DNA of 64,000 nucleotides from Neoconidiobolus thromboides FSU 785 (GCA_025603075.1 MU626266.1:151325-215324), one strand, 5' to 3'; shown: positions 13,216-26,179, counted from the stretch's first letter. Program-made: numbers and translations. The notes: generated from the letters alone by a model not told the origin.

Positions 13216-13319
13216 ATATGGGGATATATTTTTATATTCGAGAATTTTATTAACAATCTTTTTACTCAAACAGCGCTTAAAAAATGGAAAAATAATGAAA
13301 TCAAAAACATCCCCCATTA
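13216..13319 (+). mobile_element. MITE family 1 copy
   Basis: ATAT|GGGGATAT...ACATCCCC. Confidence 0.87.
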
Positions 13320-13666
13320 TATGTTATTATCTGAATATCAGAAGACAAGTTTAATATACCTTTGAGTTTTTGAATATGGGTTACTTTATTACTCTTATAT
13401 TTGTATTGTTATGCAATATATCAAGCCTATTTTTAAGAAAAAGGGGATGATTCATTCAAAAAATTAATACAGCTAATTAATTTATTTTATTAAAGTAGAA
13501 TAAAATGTATTTTTGAATTGGTATACCTTGGTGTTAATATTTGAACTCTGACTCTAACTTTAATCTATTTTGGACTTCGACTTCATGTAAAATTAAAAGC
13601 AAAATTTGCAATCAGATTTTAATCCAAAACTAAATCTCAAAAAAAAAAGAAAAGTATTTTTTTAAA

Positions 13667-14469
13667 ATGGATCAAGATAAAATTGAAAAGATTGATAGTT
13701 ATGATTTATTAGAGGCAGAGATAGAAGAAAAATATAAAAAACAAAACATAAAAAGTATAATTAAAGATTTTGATTATGATGGTCAAGAAAATGATAATGA
13801 AATTTGGTTAATTCGTATACCAAAAAATGTAAATATTTTTTAAATGATTTATAGTTTTAACAATTTTATTTTTAAAGTTCGATCAATCTAGTTTAAATAA
13901 TGAAAAAATAGAACTGGATAGCAAGAAGTCAGAAATTAATTTAAAAAATGGTTGGAAACTAACTAATAATGATGCTAAACAAATCGACAATATGGTTCCT
14001 TTATTACCTGTACAGTATATGGATGGAATAATGGCTCCATGTAAGCTTTTTATAGTTCATGTTTTATTATTTTATTATTTATTCAGCCACCAAGAAGATC
14101 CAACGCTATCTTACTGTTAGTAAGAAATTAGATACAAATAACAATTTTGAATTGGCAAAAAGAATGCGTGATGAACCTGTAGAAGCACCTAAAAAAGTAG
14201 AGGGTTTAACTATGAGCTTCCATCCAGTAGGATTTTTTACAGGTATGTTAAAGTGTTTTGTATTATTACATACTAACTTTGATTTACTAGGCGAGAAAGA
14301 GATTAAAACTGAGCTTGAATTTAAGGAAAAAAATAATAAAGAGAAAAAAAGTAAAGAAAAGAAAAAGAGTGCCAAAGTAGGCAACTCTGAGCTTGAAGTC
14401 AAAACTGAGGACCACAGTGAAGCCAAAAAATCTAAGAAGAAGAAGAAGTCTAAAAAGGATAAAGAATAA
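13667..14469 (+). CDS. RNA polymerase I subunit RPA34-like protein (spliced)
   Basis: ATG 13667; EIWLIRIPKN motif, GLTMSFHPVGF segment and a K-rich tail (KKSKKKKKSKKDKE) resemble RPA34/PAF49; three GT-AG introns. Confidence 0.65.
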
Positions 14470-14706
14470 TAATTAAATTGAATAAACATTATATAGATTT
14501 GTCACATTTTATTTTTATTTTTTATGACTTTTATTAATCCCATTTTGGGCAAGTCTTATTTCATAAAAATAAGGTTGTAGTCAAAAGCAAGAGATTTTGT
14601 TTTTGCCTCAATAAAATTGTCAAATAGCTTTACATATAATCAAAAATTTTGTATAAGCTGATCCCTTCTTTCTCATCAAAAAATATTTTTTAATAACTTG
14701 TATTTA

Positions 14707-15792
14707 ATGAGAGAAGAAGCTAAATTACCTTATCTATATCAAATAAGTAGCCAAAATAAAAGATGGAGATTCGCGATCAAAGACATTAAAGAATTAAGAA
14801 AACATCAGCGGGAAATAGCTAAAAAAGAGTTTGAAGTTAGAAAAGAAGTAGAAATTGTAAGTAATACCATCTAATTCTATGTTGATATTAAACTTAAAAA
14901 GAGAAGACTGGAAGAAGAAGGAAAAAGTGTAGATAATTCAGAGAAGTCAGAAAGGTTAGAAAAGCTAGGGTATCTTACATTACAAGAAGAGCAAGCCATT
15001 CTCACGTACCATTCATTAAAAGCACAATCAATCATTAAACATTTTAAATTTAATAATGAAATATTAGTAAGTATTGACAATTTCATGTTTTTATTAGCTC
15101 ACTTCAAATTCTAGATTACATGCTTACAATATTTCAAAAGATTTTATTTGAGTAGTCATTTATTAGAATATAACATACCAGCTATTCTGTAATTTGATTT
15201 TAATTTATAAAAGATGGTTTATTAATCCTATCAGTTTCGCCTGCCTTTATTTAGCAATTAAAAGTGAGAATCGGTGGATAAGCGTTGACAAGTATGCTGA
15301 AACAGTAAAAGTTCCACCAAAAGAAGTACTAAGATTGGAATATTTAATAAGTCAAAAGATTGAGTTTGACTTTAAAGTTTATAAACTAAATACCCCACTA
15401 AATGGCATTGTTTTGGATTACCAAAGGTTTGATGATAGCGCCAATTTAGAGGACATCTTAAAGGAGTGTAATGTCAAGGCTAGAAAGTTAATGTATTTTG
15501 ACACTTTATTATTGGCCAATCCTTCTCAGTTAGCTTTAGCTTTATTTGACCTACAAAGTCAAAAAGATAAAAATATCCGATTTGATAAGTAATCTATTTT
15601 ACCATATTATGTTATATTAATTAAGAAATTTAAAGGTATTTAAAGATGGCATTTGAGAAGGAATATCCGCGAATCCGAGAGATTATTGACCAACTCAAAG
15701 TAGTTTTAAATACCTACTTAACTACTGAGTTTGGAGATATTGAAAGGCAAATCAAGGCACTTAGGGTTAAATATTATTTTATTAAACTTTAG
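14707..15792 (+). CDS. Cyclin H / Ccl1-type cyclin (spliced; 3' end approximate)
   Basis: LYQISSQNKRWRF N-terminal motif; cyclin box LQYFKRFYL...FACLYLAIKSEN; LLLANPSQLALAL. Confidence 0.85.
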
Positions 15793-16932
15793 TCATTTTA
15801 TCATGTTAATTTGATGTTTTTACTCTATTTGAAAATGTTCTATCTGATATTCGATACTTTATTTTATCTATATATTACTAATGACTAAGATTTTCAATTT
15901 AGTTTATAATAATAAAATAGTAAGCTACGTTTAATTTGAAATATACCATTTCATAGAGTTATGCCAATTTTAGTTATAAACAAAAGTAGCTAAGAAACAG
16001 ATTAATAAAATAGAAAGGTTCCTCATGAAGGATATTCAGTTAACAGACACATGGCAGATATAACACTAGAGGGAAGAACAATCAGGGTAGGTAAGGTACT
16101 ATAAGTGACATTGATAGCCTGTAAGGGCTCACCGAAGACTTGACATATTGGAATAAAGTGGTAACACTTTAAGAGCTGAAATATAAATCAAATTAAAACC
16201 GGAATCTTCGAAATCATATTATTGAACTTTGCAAACGTTGTTTATTTAACTCAAAATAGCAAAATGGCTAGACAAAGATAAAGCAACCGGTTACTAATAT
16301 CCTTATTTAGGTTTAAAGTAGAAGTTCAGGGGTAATGAAACTAAAGATAAAATGAAATAAAATCAGGGAATGATAACTTAAGGGTTGATTGGATTGTGAC
16401 TTTTGGACCTTAATTAATAATTGAATTAGAATATAACTCATGTTAAGTATCCAGTCTTAACAAATTACTCATAGTTTAAAATAGCACTAACGTATAAATA
16501 TGATAAATTTGTAATAGGGTGGGCATTGAAATATAAATATAACTTCATTTATTCATTAAGCAGTATTAAAAATAAGAGACTATATTATATTATTTCACAT
16601 ACTATTTTAAATTACATTCAGTCAATGAGCATTTCTTTCTATTAATATAAGACTATTTAGTTTAATTTTCAAAACGGATATAATTATCCCAGAATTTAAT
16701 AATTCGGTGTTTTAATTCTATAAAAGTTTAATAACATTTACATTTGCTTAATCCAAGGATTTTGTAGAATGATTTTGAAAAGCAATCTAAGCTTTAGGAA
16801 ACAAAAAATTCCTGAAGGGTAAATTTAATTTAATTATCAAAACAATCACCGAACCTCAAAGTAATACTACAAATAAAAAGATATATAAAACCAAGATATG
16901 AGAAATCAAAATTAAAATATTCTTAAAGTAAA

Positions 16933-18522
16933 ATGAGTACAGCTACATTTACAGATCAAGCGTTTACATTAGAGGAGAAGGATTTAGTTACCATTGAATC
17001 TGGCAATATCAATAACGATAATCAACCAAAAGTAGTCTTATCAAAGAATCAATTTATAATCGTAATAATAGCTTTGATATTAACAATATTTATAGCTGCC
17101 TTAGACAATACCATTATAGGGACTTCTTTAAATACAATAACTTCAGAGTTTGATGCCTTAGATCAAATTTCTTGGGTAGCTACTTCATATTTATTAACTT
17201 CTACTGCTTTTCAACCCCTTTATGGTAAATTTTCTGATATCTTTGGAAGAAAATTAACTACTTTGTTCGCTTTATCCATTTTTTTGATTGGTTCAATTTT
17301 ATGTGGGGCTTCTACCAATATTATTATGCTGATTGTTTCAAGAGCTATTGCTGGTGTCGGAGGTGGAGGTTTAATTTCATTATCAGTTATTATAATTTCT
17401 GATATTGTAGTACTTGAGAAAAGAGGGCTGTATACTGGTATGGTAGGAGCAAATTTTGCAGTTGCTTCAGTTGTTGGGCCATTATTAGGAGGTTATCTTA
17501 CAGAAAGTGTTTCTTGGAGATGGTGCTTTTATATTAATGTCCCTATTTGTATAGTAGCTATGATTGTTATTGCTAAATTTATAACTTTCCCTAGTGAAAA
17601 CCAAAATCTACGTCAAAAATTAAAGAGAGTCGATTATTTAGGATCTATCTCTATCCTTGCATTTACTATCCTTTTAGTCCTAGCTCTTAATTGGGGTGGC
17701 CAAGAATATCCTTGGAATTCTGCTGTTATTATTTCCCTATTTATTTTATGCTTTATTTCTTTAGCCTTATTCATTGTATTACAATGGAAAGTATCTAAAG
17801 AACCTATAATTCCTGGCCATGTCTTAGTAAGAAATGTAATATCAGCTGACCTTACCGCATTTTTTAATGGATGTATATTTTTTGCTACAGTAGTTTATTT
17901 GCCAATATATTATCAAATCGTTCATAAGGAATCCATTATTCAATCTGGGCTAGAATTACTGTCTACTATGTCTGGGCTAGTGTTCTTTTCTATTACTTCT
18001 GGGATATTCATTGTAAAAACCGGAACCTATCGTTTGCTTTCAATTAGCGGTACTTTTATAGGCTTAACTGGTGTGATATTATTAGGCGTCCTTATGCGCA
18101 ATGACATTTCACATGCTGAGCTTTTAGGCTTTTCTTTAATGATTGGTGTTGGAGTTGGCTTATGTTTACAAACAAATACTATTGTTTCACAAGCAGCTGT
18201 CGATTTAAAAGATGCAGCTATAGTAACTTCCCTAACTAGTTTTAATTTTTCATTAGGTGGCGTGGTTGGTATTGCCGTCCTTGGATCTGTTTTTCAAAAT
18301 TCATTGACTAGTTCATTAACTCGAGAAGTACCAGAAGTTAACATTCAGCAACTAGTTAAAGATTCAAGTTATTTAATCAGCTTTAATGAAGAGATTATAC
18401 AACGCGTTGTTGGGTGCTATGTTACTGCTTTTCGTACATTATTTTTAGGTGGTATTGCTTTCTTTGTACTCTCTTTTATTTCTACTCTATTTTTAAAGCA
18501 TATTCCTCTTAAAAAGAAATAA
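16933..18522 (+). CDS. MFS drug:H+ antiporter (DHA2/14-TMS family)
   Basis: 529-aa single-exon ORF; AALDNTII, WVATSYLL..TAFQPLYGKFSDIFGRK, GPLLGG, WRWCFYINVP motifs. Confidence 0.95.
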   Translation: MSTATFTDQAFTLEEKDLVTIESGNINNDNQPKVVLSKNQFIIVIIALILTIFIAALDNTIIGTSLNTITSEFDALDQISWVATSYLLTSTAFQPLYGKFSDIFGRKLTTLFALSIFLIGSILCGASTNIIMLIVSRAIAGVGGGGLISLSVIIISDIVVLEKRGLYTGMVGANFAVASVVGPLLGGYLTESVSWRWCFYINVPICIVAMIVIAKFITFPSENQNLRQKLKRVDYLGSISILAFTILLVLALNWGGQEYPWNSAVIISLFILCFISLALFIVLQWKVSKEPIIPGHVLVRNVISADLTAFFNGCIFFATVVYLPIYYQIVHKESIIQSGLELLSTMSGLVFFSITSGIFIVKTGTYRLLSISGTFIGLTGVILLGVLMRNDISHAELLGFSLMIGVGVGLCLQTNTIVSQAAVDLKDAAIVTSLTSFNFSLGGVVGIAVLGSVFQNSLTSSLTREVPEVNIQQLVKDSSYLISFNEEIIQRVVGCYVTAFRTLFLGGIAFFVLSFISTLFLKHIPLKKK

Positions 18523-18712
18523 TTCATTTGTTTTTCATGTATGTTTATATAATAATAATAATAAACTTTATATAATATTAAACTATGGAATACTAAGTGC
18601 GTTTATGATATATATAATCTTATTGTGGTTGGTTTTAAAATATATACTAAAATAAAGGAAATTAAAATAAGGAGCCACATTAAAATCTTTGATTTTAAAT
18701 GAGCAAGATATC

Positions 18713-18816
18713 ATATGGGGATGTATTTTTGTGTTTAGGAATTTTACTAACAGTTTTTTCACTCAAATAGCGCTTAAAAAATGAAAAAAAATGAAGTCAA
18801 AAAGACACTTCCGTAT
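18713..18816 (+). mobile_element. MITE family 1 copy
   Basis: ATAT|GGGGATGT...ACACTTCC|GTAT. Confidence 0.9.
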
Positions 18817-19018
18817 GTCAAATATAAAATAGCAAAAAAAATAAAATAAAACATGAAATGAAATAAAATGAAAGTAAAAAAATTTATAAGATCCCAAAAG
18901 TAAACGGTTTATTTAAATTTAAATTTAAATATCCAAATAGAAATCCCCTTTATAGAAAATAGGTATTTCTAACCAAAAACTAATGTTAAGACTTTGAGTT
19001 TCTATAATTTGAGTGATA

Positions 19019-19125
19019 ATATGGGAGCGTTTGTTTTGACTTCATTACTTTTTCCGTTTTTTAAGCACTATTTAAGTGGAAAATTTGTTAGTAAAATTGT
19101 TAAACATAAAAATACATCCCCATAT
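19019..19125 (-). mobile_element. MITE family 1 copy
   Basis: ATAT|GGGAGCGT...ACATCCCC|ATAT. Confidence 0.9.
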
Positions 19126-19296
19126 CAAAGCAGTAACTTCATATATCACCTAAATAATCAAAAAAAGCAAAAGCACTATTTAATACCTTTTTTCAACCTT
19201 TCTGTTCTTTTATTACATTTTTTCAATATATTACTTTATAACAATTAAATATCAAACGTATTTAAAACCATTTCTTAAAATATCGAATTATTCACT

Positions 19297-19398
19297 AAGT
19301 AAGGATGTATTTTTTGTTTGAATTTTACTGATAGTCTTTCTACTCAAATAGCGCTTAAAAAATAGAAAAAGCGATGAAACCATAAAACATCTTCACGT
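19297..19398 (+). mobile_element. MITE family 1 copy
   Basis: AAGT|AAGGATGT...ACATCTTC|ACGT. Confidence 0.8.
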
Positions 19399-19605
19399 TA
19401 AACTATTATCTTTTTATTATATTTTTTATTATTATTAGATTTTATTACAAAGTATGATATTTTCAATATTAAAATATAGTCACTACTATTAAAACTAAGC
19501 TACTGATTTATGACTGTAAATATTGAAAGAATATGTTTTCCTAAAAATGCCTATTTAATTTCTAAAAACATGTGAAATTATCACAGTTAAAATATTTTTT
19601 TCAAT

Positions 19606-19711
19606 ATATGGAGCTGTTTTTTTTAGTTTCATTATTTTTCCATTTTTTAAGCGCTATTTGAGTGAAAAAACTGTTAGTAAAATTCCTAAACATAAAAATA
19701 CATCCTCATAC
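19606..19711 (-). mobile_element. MITE family 1 copy
   Basis: ATAT|GGAGCTGT...ACATCCTC|ATAC. Confidence 0.9.
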
Positions 19712-20440
19712 ATTGAAATATCAAAATCTGAAGTTAGATTATTTCTTTTTAGATCATAAAATGGCGACAAATGTTTATAAATCAGATATTGAGTATTGAC
19801 TATTAACCCAAATTATTAGATATCCAACATTACCCCTATAATTGATACAAAGTATACGTGTAACGTTTTATATGATAATAAACTATTTCAAAGCCTTGAC
19901 ATGCTTTTAGATAAAAATCTAATAAATTTCTCAAATTTTAAAATAACTAAAGGATAAATGAAAACAATCTAGAAAAAGCAGTCAAATTTATAGAATGGTT
20001 TATAAAAGTAGTCTAACTTTTTGGATAAATCCATCTGCATAAAGGTATAAAATTGGTATGGTTTGATTTTTTTACAAAATTATATTATTTTAGACATAAG
20101 AAAAATTTACTGTTGCAACCAATAACTTTTAAATCAACTTTAACCTAAAAAGTCAATTATTTTAGAAATTACCTCCTACATAACTGAAGCTAGTGCTTTT
20201 TTGGAAGTCTAAAATGAGTAATTAAAGATATATTTAGAGTAGAGTGAATAGCATTTCAAGTACCTTCCCTTAGGGAAATATAACGCTTAGCATGGCTCTT
20301 GCAATTGTTTATCTTATAATAAATTCTTATACAGTTTTAGTTTAAAAAGGGAAAACGATAGTATGGATATTAAATTAATTTCATATAAACTAAAGTACTA
20401 AAACTGGGCACATTTTACTGTTATTAACTCCTTACAGTAT

Positions 20441-20633
20441 ATTATTATATCACGGCTACAGCAAGAAAAAATTCATCAAATTAAAAAACATTTTGATGAC
20501 AATTTTGAAAAGTAAACAAAATTAAAAATATCAATATAAACTTTCAGTTTGTTGTTCACTTTGCTTAAAACTATTATTGAGTATTTTCGCTTATTAGATT
20601 TTTTACTTGCTGTAGCTGTGATGTGACAATAAT
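20441..20633. mobile_element. Foldback element (~190 bp), unrelated to MITE family 1
   Basis: ATCACGGCTACAGCAAGAAAAAA at 20449 vs TTTTTTACTTGCTGTAGCTGTGAT ending 20622; imperfect symmetry continues toward the centre. Confidence 0.65.
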
Positions 20634-21820
20634 CAATAAATGTTCAAATTTTAGACCCAAAAGTAGAAAAGTAGTCAAGAAAAGTATCATATTTTATGTT
20701 GAAGAATTGGCTTTTAAACTTTTAATAAGTTCTAGCAGATTACTTAAGTAGCCGTTCTATTTTGTTAAGGTTAACATTAATTGAATAATCAATTATTATA
20801 AGTTAACTATGTTAATATTAAAATAATTAAGTATTTTATTATAATGAATTTAAAATTCCAACGTTTATTCTATAAAATAAAGGCTAACTAATTTTCTTGT
20901 TCAAGCTAAGATTAATATTAAAAATAGGTTGGGGTTTATTTCCTTAGCTATTATGCTGATGTTTTAAATGATATGAAATACTATTGGTGTTTAACTTATT
21001 TTGGGGACCAACTGCCCAATAAGCAACTACAAATGATTATGGTGGGGATTTGGGGAGAAATTAGCCATGCGTATTGGGTGAATTTGATGTATGATCTCAA
21101 GGGTTAGATAAAGGAAATTTTCTTATCTCTCTACCTGGGCATATTTGTTCAAAATAAATTGGTGCTAACAATATAAGATTTGAAGGTCTACATAGCTCCT
21201 AAGAAACCACTTTATTAAATAAAAATAAACTGTAAATATAAGGCTAGTTGACAGTTCTATTCTGAACTGATAAAGGAGACAAAACACTATTATATTGAAA
21301 AATGTTTTTATCGATAATTCTTTAAGTTAGTTTAGCTTAGAATTTCAGCCCAAAATATTGAACTCAGTTCTAATACAAATTAAGAGGTAGAATCAAAGTC
21401 ACAAGGCAAATATTGTCCAATCATAAGGAGTCAAAAAATGAATTGTTCAACGCCATTTGCTTAAAAAAGTCGTTAACAATTGATGTTGAATTATTAAAAC
21501 TTAATACTGAATCATCTCAACTAAATATTAAGAATTACTTTATATGATTTGCCAAAGGAGAAAATCTAAAAATTATAAAATAATGTTATTGTTTTTTAAG
21601 CCTTCATAGTTTAACAAAATTTGAAGTTTTTGAAATTTTGTCAAAATAGAAGCATTTAATTGGATAATGTACATGGGGTTTTAAATTTAGCTCACTTTTC
21701 CACCAATTAAATATAAACATTAGTCAATCCTATAATTTATTACGTTGACTGGAAGCTATAAAAGTTCGCATTATGAAGGCCTCCTTTCTTATAAGTAATT
21801 CTTTTAATTAAATTTTAAAT

Positions 21821-22901
21821 ATGTCTGCCGTAAGTCACATAGTTCATAATATTAACAATATCTAATTCTGTTTTTAAAATTATAGAGTCGTGAAAATCAG
21901 GTATGTTAATAAGCTGCTTGTTATAAGCATTTCCTAATACTTGAGGTTTTTAGGTTTATATGGCCAAGCTTGCTGAACAAGCTGAACGTTATGAAGGTAA
22001 ATATATTTAATAACTCGATATAAGTAACTAAAATCTTTTAGAAATGGTCAACTTCATGAAGGTAAAAGAAATAGGAAACAACCAATATTAAAATTCTAAA
22101 AATTTGTTTTTTTTGTACTTATTATAGGATGTTGCTAAGGTATTATTTCTATTATTATAACCCACTATTGTTCTAACTGGTTTAAAGCTTGATGTTGATT
22201 TGACCGTTGAAGAACGTAACTTATTATCTGTTGCTTACAAAAACGTCATTGGTGCCCGTCGTGCCTCCTGGAGAATTATCTCTTCAATTGAACAAAAAGA
22301 AGAATCCAAAGGTAATGAAGAACACGTTACCAAGATCAAGGAATACCGTAAAAAAGTTGAACAAGAACTCTCAAATATCTGTGAAGACATCCTTGCTCTT
22401 CTAGATGACCATCTCATCAAGTCATCACCAGCTGATGCTAATGAGTCAAAGGTCTTCTACTACAAGATGAAAGGAGATTATTACCGTTATCTTGCTGAAT
22501 TCACTACTGAAGATGTTCGTACCAAGGCTGCTGACTCTGCCTCTGAAGCCTATGGTAAAGCCTCTGTCATTGCCAACAGTGAACTTGCCCCAACCCACCC
22601 AATCCGTCTTGGTCTTGCCCTTAATTTCTCAGTGTTCTACTATGAAATCATGACTTCACCAATGAAGGCTTGTGATTTAGCCAAGAGTGCTTTTGATGAA
22701 GCTATTGCTGAATTAGATACTCTTTCTGAAGATTCTTACAAAGATTCTACTTTGATTATGCAACTTTTACGTGATAACTTAACACTCTGGCAAACTGACA
22801 TAGGTGACAGTAAGTTTTAGATATCATAAATTAAAGTTTTGATTTTAATATTATTAGATCTCCAAGAGAATGCTGATGCTGATGAGAAAGCCGAAGCTTA
22901 A
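21821..22901 (+). CDS. 14-3-3 protein (Bmh1/Rad24 family), 7 exons
   Basis: Exons 21821-21829, 21886-21900, 21954-21996, 22042-22061, 22128-22139, 22188-22809, 22858-22901 splice to [52 protein letters not shown]...[14 protein letters not shown]...[18 protein letters not shown]. Confidence 0.97.
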
Positions 22902-24032
22902 ATTTGAGCTAAATATTTTAGTAGAATCTCTAAACGTATCCTCTTTAAGTGATCCCGATATTATTACTAAATTGCTTCAATTTTAAGAATAAATTTATTA
23001 TTTTAGTATATTCTTCATTGTAGATAGGGATTGTTATAATAAATATTTATGAATTTTTAATAAATGTAGTTATAGTCATAAACACATCGTTATGATTTAT
23101 ATATTATCAGTATTTTAATATAAAACACTTATTAAAATATTCATAGATCACTAAAACATGATGATTTGTATTGATATATAAAAGTGTATATTAAATATAA
23201 TGAGTTTCCTCTTTACAAAGTTATATTGCTTATTATGAAAGTCAAATAATATATAGTAAGTTATATTATTTTCAACTCAAATTTTAAATAATTTAAATTG
23301 GTTTATAAATAATATACAATGATGATGTAATTTATAGTAATAATTTTACTATAAAAATTGGTTAATTAAACAAACGCATAAATAGAATATTAATATTTCA
23401 GTTTTCATTAATAAATATAAAAGTTAAATGATTATATAATTTACTATTTAAAATTCAGCAACAAACTGTATGAACTCTATATTAAGTTTGAAACTCCTTA
23501 CTATGTTTGTTTCAAAACTGTCATAAAAATTTAAAAATTCACTGCTAAATCTTGGATTGTTATTCTACTCTAATTTAAAGTTTATGTAAAAATGATCTCA
23601 AACCAAAAAAAATCCTTCCAAGGTTTATTGTAATTTAACTAGTTTTAATTTGGCCTTCTATAATACTAGTATTACATATTCAAGTTTTTTGGTTATACTC
23701 CAGAAACTGACTGTATGGTTTATTTATAAAGAAACTATGGAAGGTCAATAAAAGAAAAAACATAAAAGTGGAGACTCATTAAACGTTTTGTCATCAATTA
23801 CAAAAAACTTAATCGGAGAAAGAGATAAAGTCCCTAAAGACTTAAGACCTCTTTTAAATTGATTTCAAACTTCATTATACTTAATTCTTTTTTATAAATG
23901 AAATTTTATGACTAATCATAGTGTTTTATAAGGTTTGTTATATTCAATAATATTCTTTCATAATTTATAATATTCAAATAATAAAAAGTAAATCAATCAA
24001 AATATATATTTAATCAAGTCAATTATAGACAG

Positions 24033-26028
24033 CTATATCCCAAAAGCATCTAAAAACACCTGTTCCCAAACTTCAAAAGAATTAAAAGCAGTTTTGGAAT
24101 TATAACTAAGATGTTTGTCCGCAGGAATCCAGGTAAATTCCAGTGGACGAAGTCTTTTGAATTTAGTAGAATAAACCTCACGAGACGTAAAAGGGAATTC
24201 AGAGTTTGTCTTAAATGGCTTTGGAACATCTGGGTGATTGGATAAACCTGGTAACTTAACTCCAAATTCGACCAATTGGAATAGTGTACGCAATCCACCA
24301 GCCATTGATCCTACAGTAGCTTCTTGATACTTAAGCCCTCCAATTGAATAACTTTTCACACCATGTATTTCTTGTAACCCATTAGCTAAAAATGCGCATC
24401 CTGAATAACACACTGAATTCGATAACATCATTATATCTTCTGTTTTAAATGATTGAGAGTATTATCAAGTAATGGTTTTAGAGGGTTCTCAGAGCACTTG
24501 TATTGGATCAAATTTGTATATTTGCTGTTTTTATTTAGCCCCCGGTTACATATCTTAGGTTCTTTAAAGTAATCTATATTATCAATTGGGGATCTGTTTG
24601 GTTGCATAATATCTTTTTTAATATCAAAGCCAGCAGAATCAAGAGTTTTAAGCACTTCAAAGAAAACTGGATCATAATGAATATCAGCGCTAAATCTATT
24701 GATTTGTGCATTAGGAAACAAATAATCTAAAATATCATAGGGACAACATATCTGTCCTCCACCACTGTTACTTAGTTCTAATACCAATTTACTAGCCTTA
24801 TTGTTTTTTAAGCTTTGAAATGCTTCGCGGATTTCAATATCTCAAAGTTTTCCATCGTTAGGTGAAAAATCAGGTATGATAACAACATCAACTTCACCAT
24901 GAAGTAAATAGGATTTAATGTATATCCCATCAAAAAGTGGTGATAAAAAAGGATTACCTCCTCTCATTATTTTAAAATCAATACTTTGATCTATTTTTAA
25001 TCCTTTGATATCATTCAAGCCATTAATGTTTAGTTCAAGATCCTCAGGCTGAGATGTTTTCACCATATGGGGATGTATTTTTTTGTTTAGGAACTTTGCT
25101 GACAGTTTTTCCACTCAAATAGCCCTTAAAAAATGAGAAAAGTGATGAAACTAAAAAAAACATCCTCATATGCTGAATATAACAGAAAGATTTCATAAAA
25201 TTCATAAAAAGATCATAATTTTGTGGTACTAAAACAATATAAGGAACCATAACTCTTTGTTCTTGTTCATCTACTATAAAAGTGAAAGTTATGTTTTCTT
25301 TCTTTGGGGGATATTTGTTGAAGCAAATGCTCCATGATTTATACCCTAGTTTCCATTTTCTTGTATAACTCTAGCTGTAGCAGAGTTAATGCATGCATTG
25401 ACATCTCTAGAGAAGCCAATATATTCTTTGCTATATTCTTGAAGATACTCTAATGGTGTAAGCCATTGATATCTATTATTTCTTTTCCAGTATATCTGGC
25501 TATCTTTACCCCAACTAACTTCCATGCTTCAATAAGTTCCGTTAAGTACTCAAGTTTCTCAAGCACTTTAACTTTAATTTCTCCCCATTGGTTTTCTTCT
25601 GTGAATACTGGAAAAGGCTGCTTAAATTCAAACATGGTGGCACAGTTTGATCTATATCTAAGATGATCGTCATATAAGGAGGTGATAAATTTTGTAATTG
25701 AATTGTGATATTCATTTTCAGATTTATATGGCTTTGATACCATCTTAGCCAGTTCTTTTCTGATATTAATATTACTTGGGATTTTAAATTCAGGAGAGCG
25801 TTCAGCTATATCAATGAATATATAAATTGACAAGGCCTTGTTAATAGTGTCATATACTGAATTCTTTGTTTTAGGAGCCAATTTAATCATATTTAAATAT
25901 GACATTGTTTCTTGATAACTTACTACAGGCTTTTTAGAAATTATTGCGCAGGGGTCAACATCTTCAACTTCTGTAGAGTTGATTAAAATGGGTGATAAGA
26001 GTAAGTAAGTTAATGGCTTAGTAAACAT
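24033..26028 (-). pseudogene. Secreted peptidase S41-family (fungal type) pseudogene disrupted by frameshifts, stops and a MITE
   Basis: Joined fragments give a signal peptide (MFTKPLTYLLLSPIL), LYDDHLRYRSNC, VVIIPDFSP, KLVLELSNSGGGQIC, IMMLSNSVCYSGCAFL...VKSYSIGG, PLEFTWIPAD, matching fungal S41 motifs. Lesions: frameshifts near 25460, 25300 and 24460; TAG 25346-48; TGA 24842-44; MITE 25065-25171. Confidence 0.85.
25065..25171 (+). mobile_element. MITE family 1 copy inserted in the S41 pseudogene CDS
   Basis: ATAT|GGGGATGT...ACATCCTC|ATAT; removing the element plus one 4-bp flank (103 nt) restores the frame YIQHMVKTSQ. Confidence 0.95.
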
Positions 26029-26179
26029 TTTGTTTATAAAAAATATCGATTTTCTTATATGCCTATATATATTTAAAGCCATGCCATGCTATACTTAAAT
26101 TTGAGCATGAACAATATTAAATAAAGAATACTTTAGATTGAATTTATAAACATTCAGATGCTTAATTCCTAAATCTAAT

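Noticed and set aside
11184-13319. Regularly recurring ~100-bp repeats resembling a CRISPR array
   Set aside because: Repeats are too long, occur in both orientations with irregular spacing, have TIRs and TSDs, and there are no cas genes; the context is eukaryotic.
13127-13365. Track ORFs 13127-13354 and 13180-13365 (also 18994-19248, 26818-27003, 62750-63055)
   Set aside because: They are translations of MITE sequence (KPKK/TSPY, LFFYS-type peptides recur at every copy).
20287-20303. TTAGCATGGCTCTTGCA resembling part of U6 snRNA
   Set aside because: No upstream ACAGAGA box or other U6 sequence; a 10-nt match is expected by chance.
20985-21200. G-rich stretch with protein-like frames (WGPTAQ*ATTNDYGGDLG)
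   Set aside because: Multiple stops in all frames and no recognisable family.
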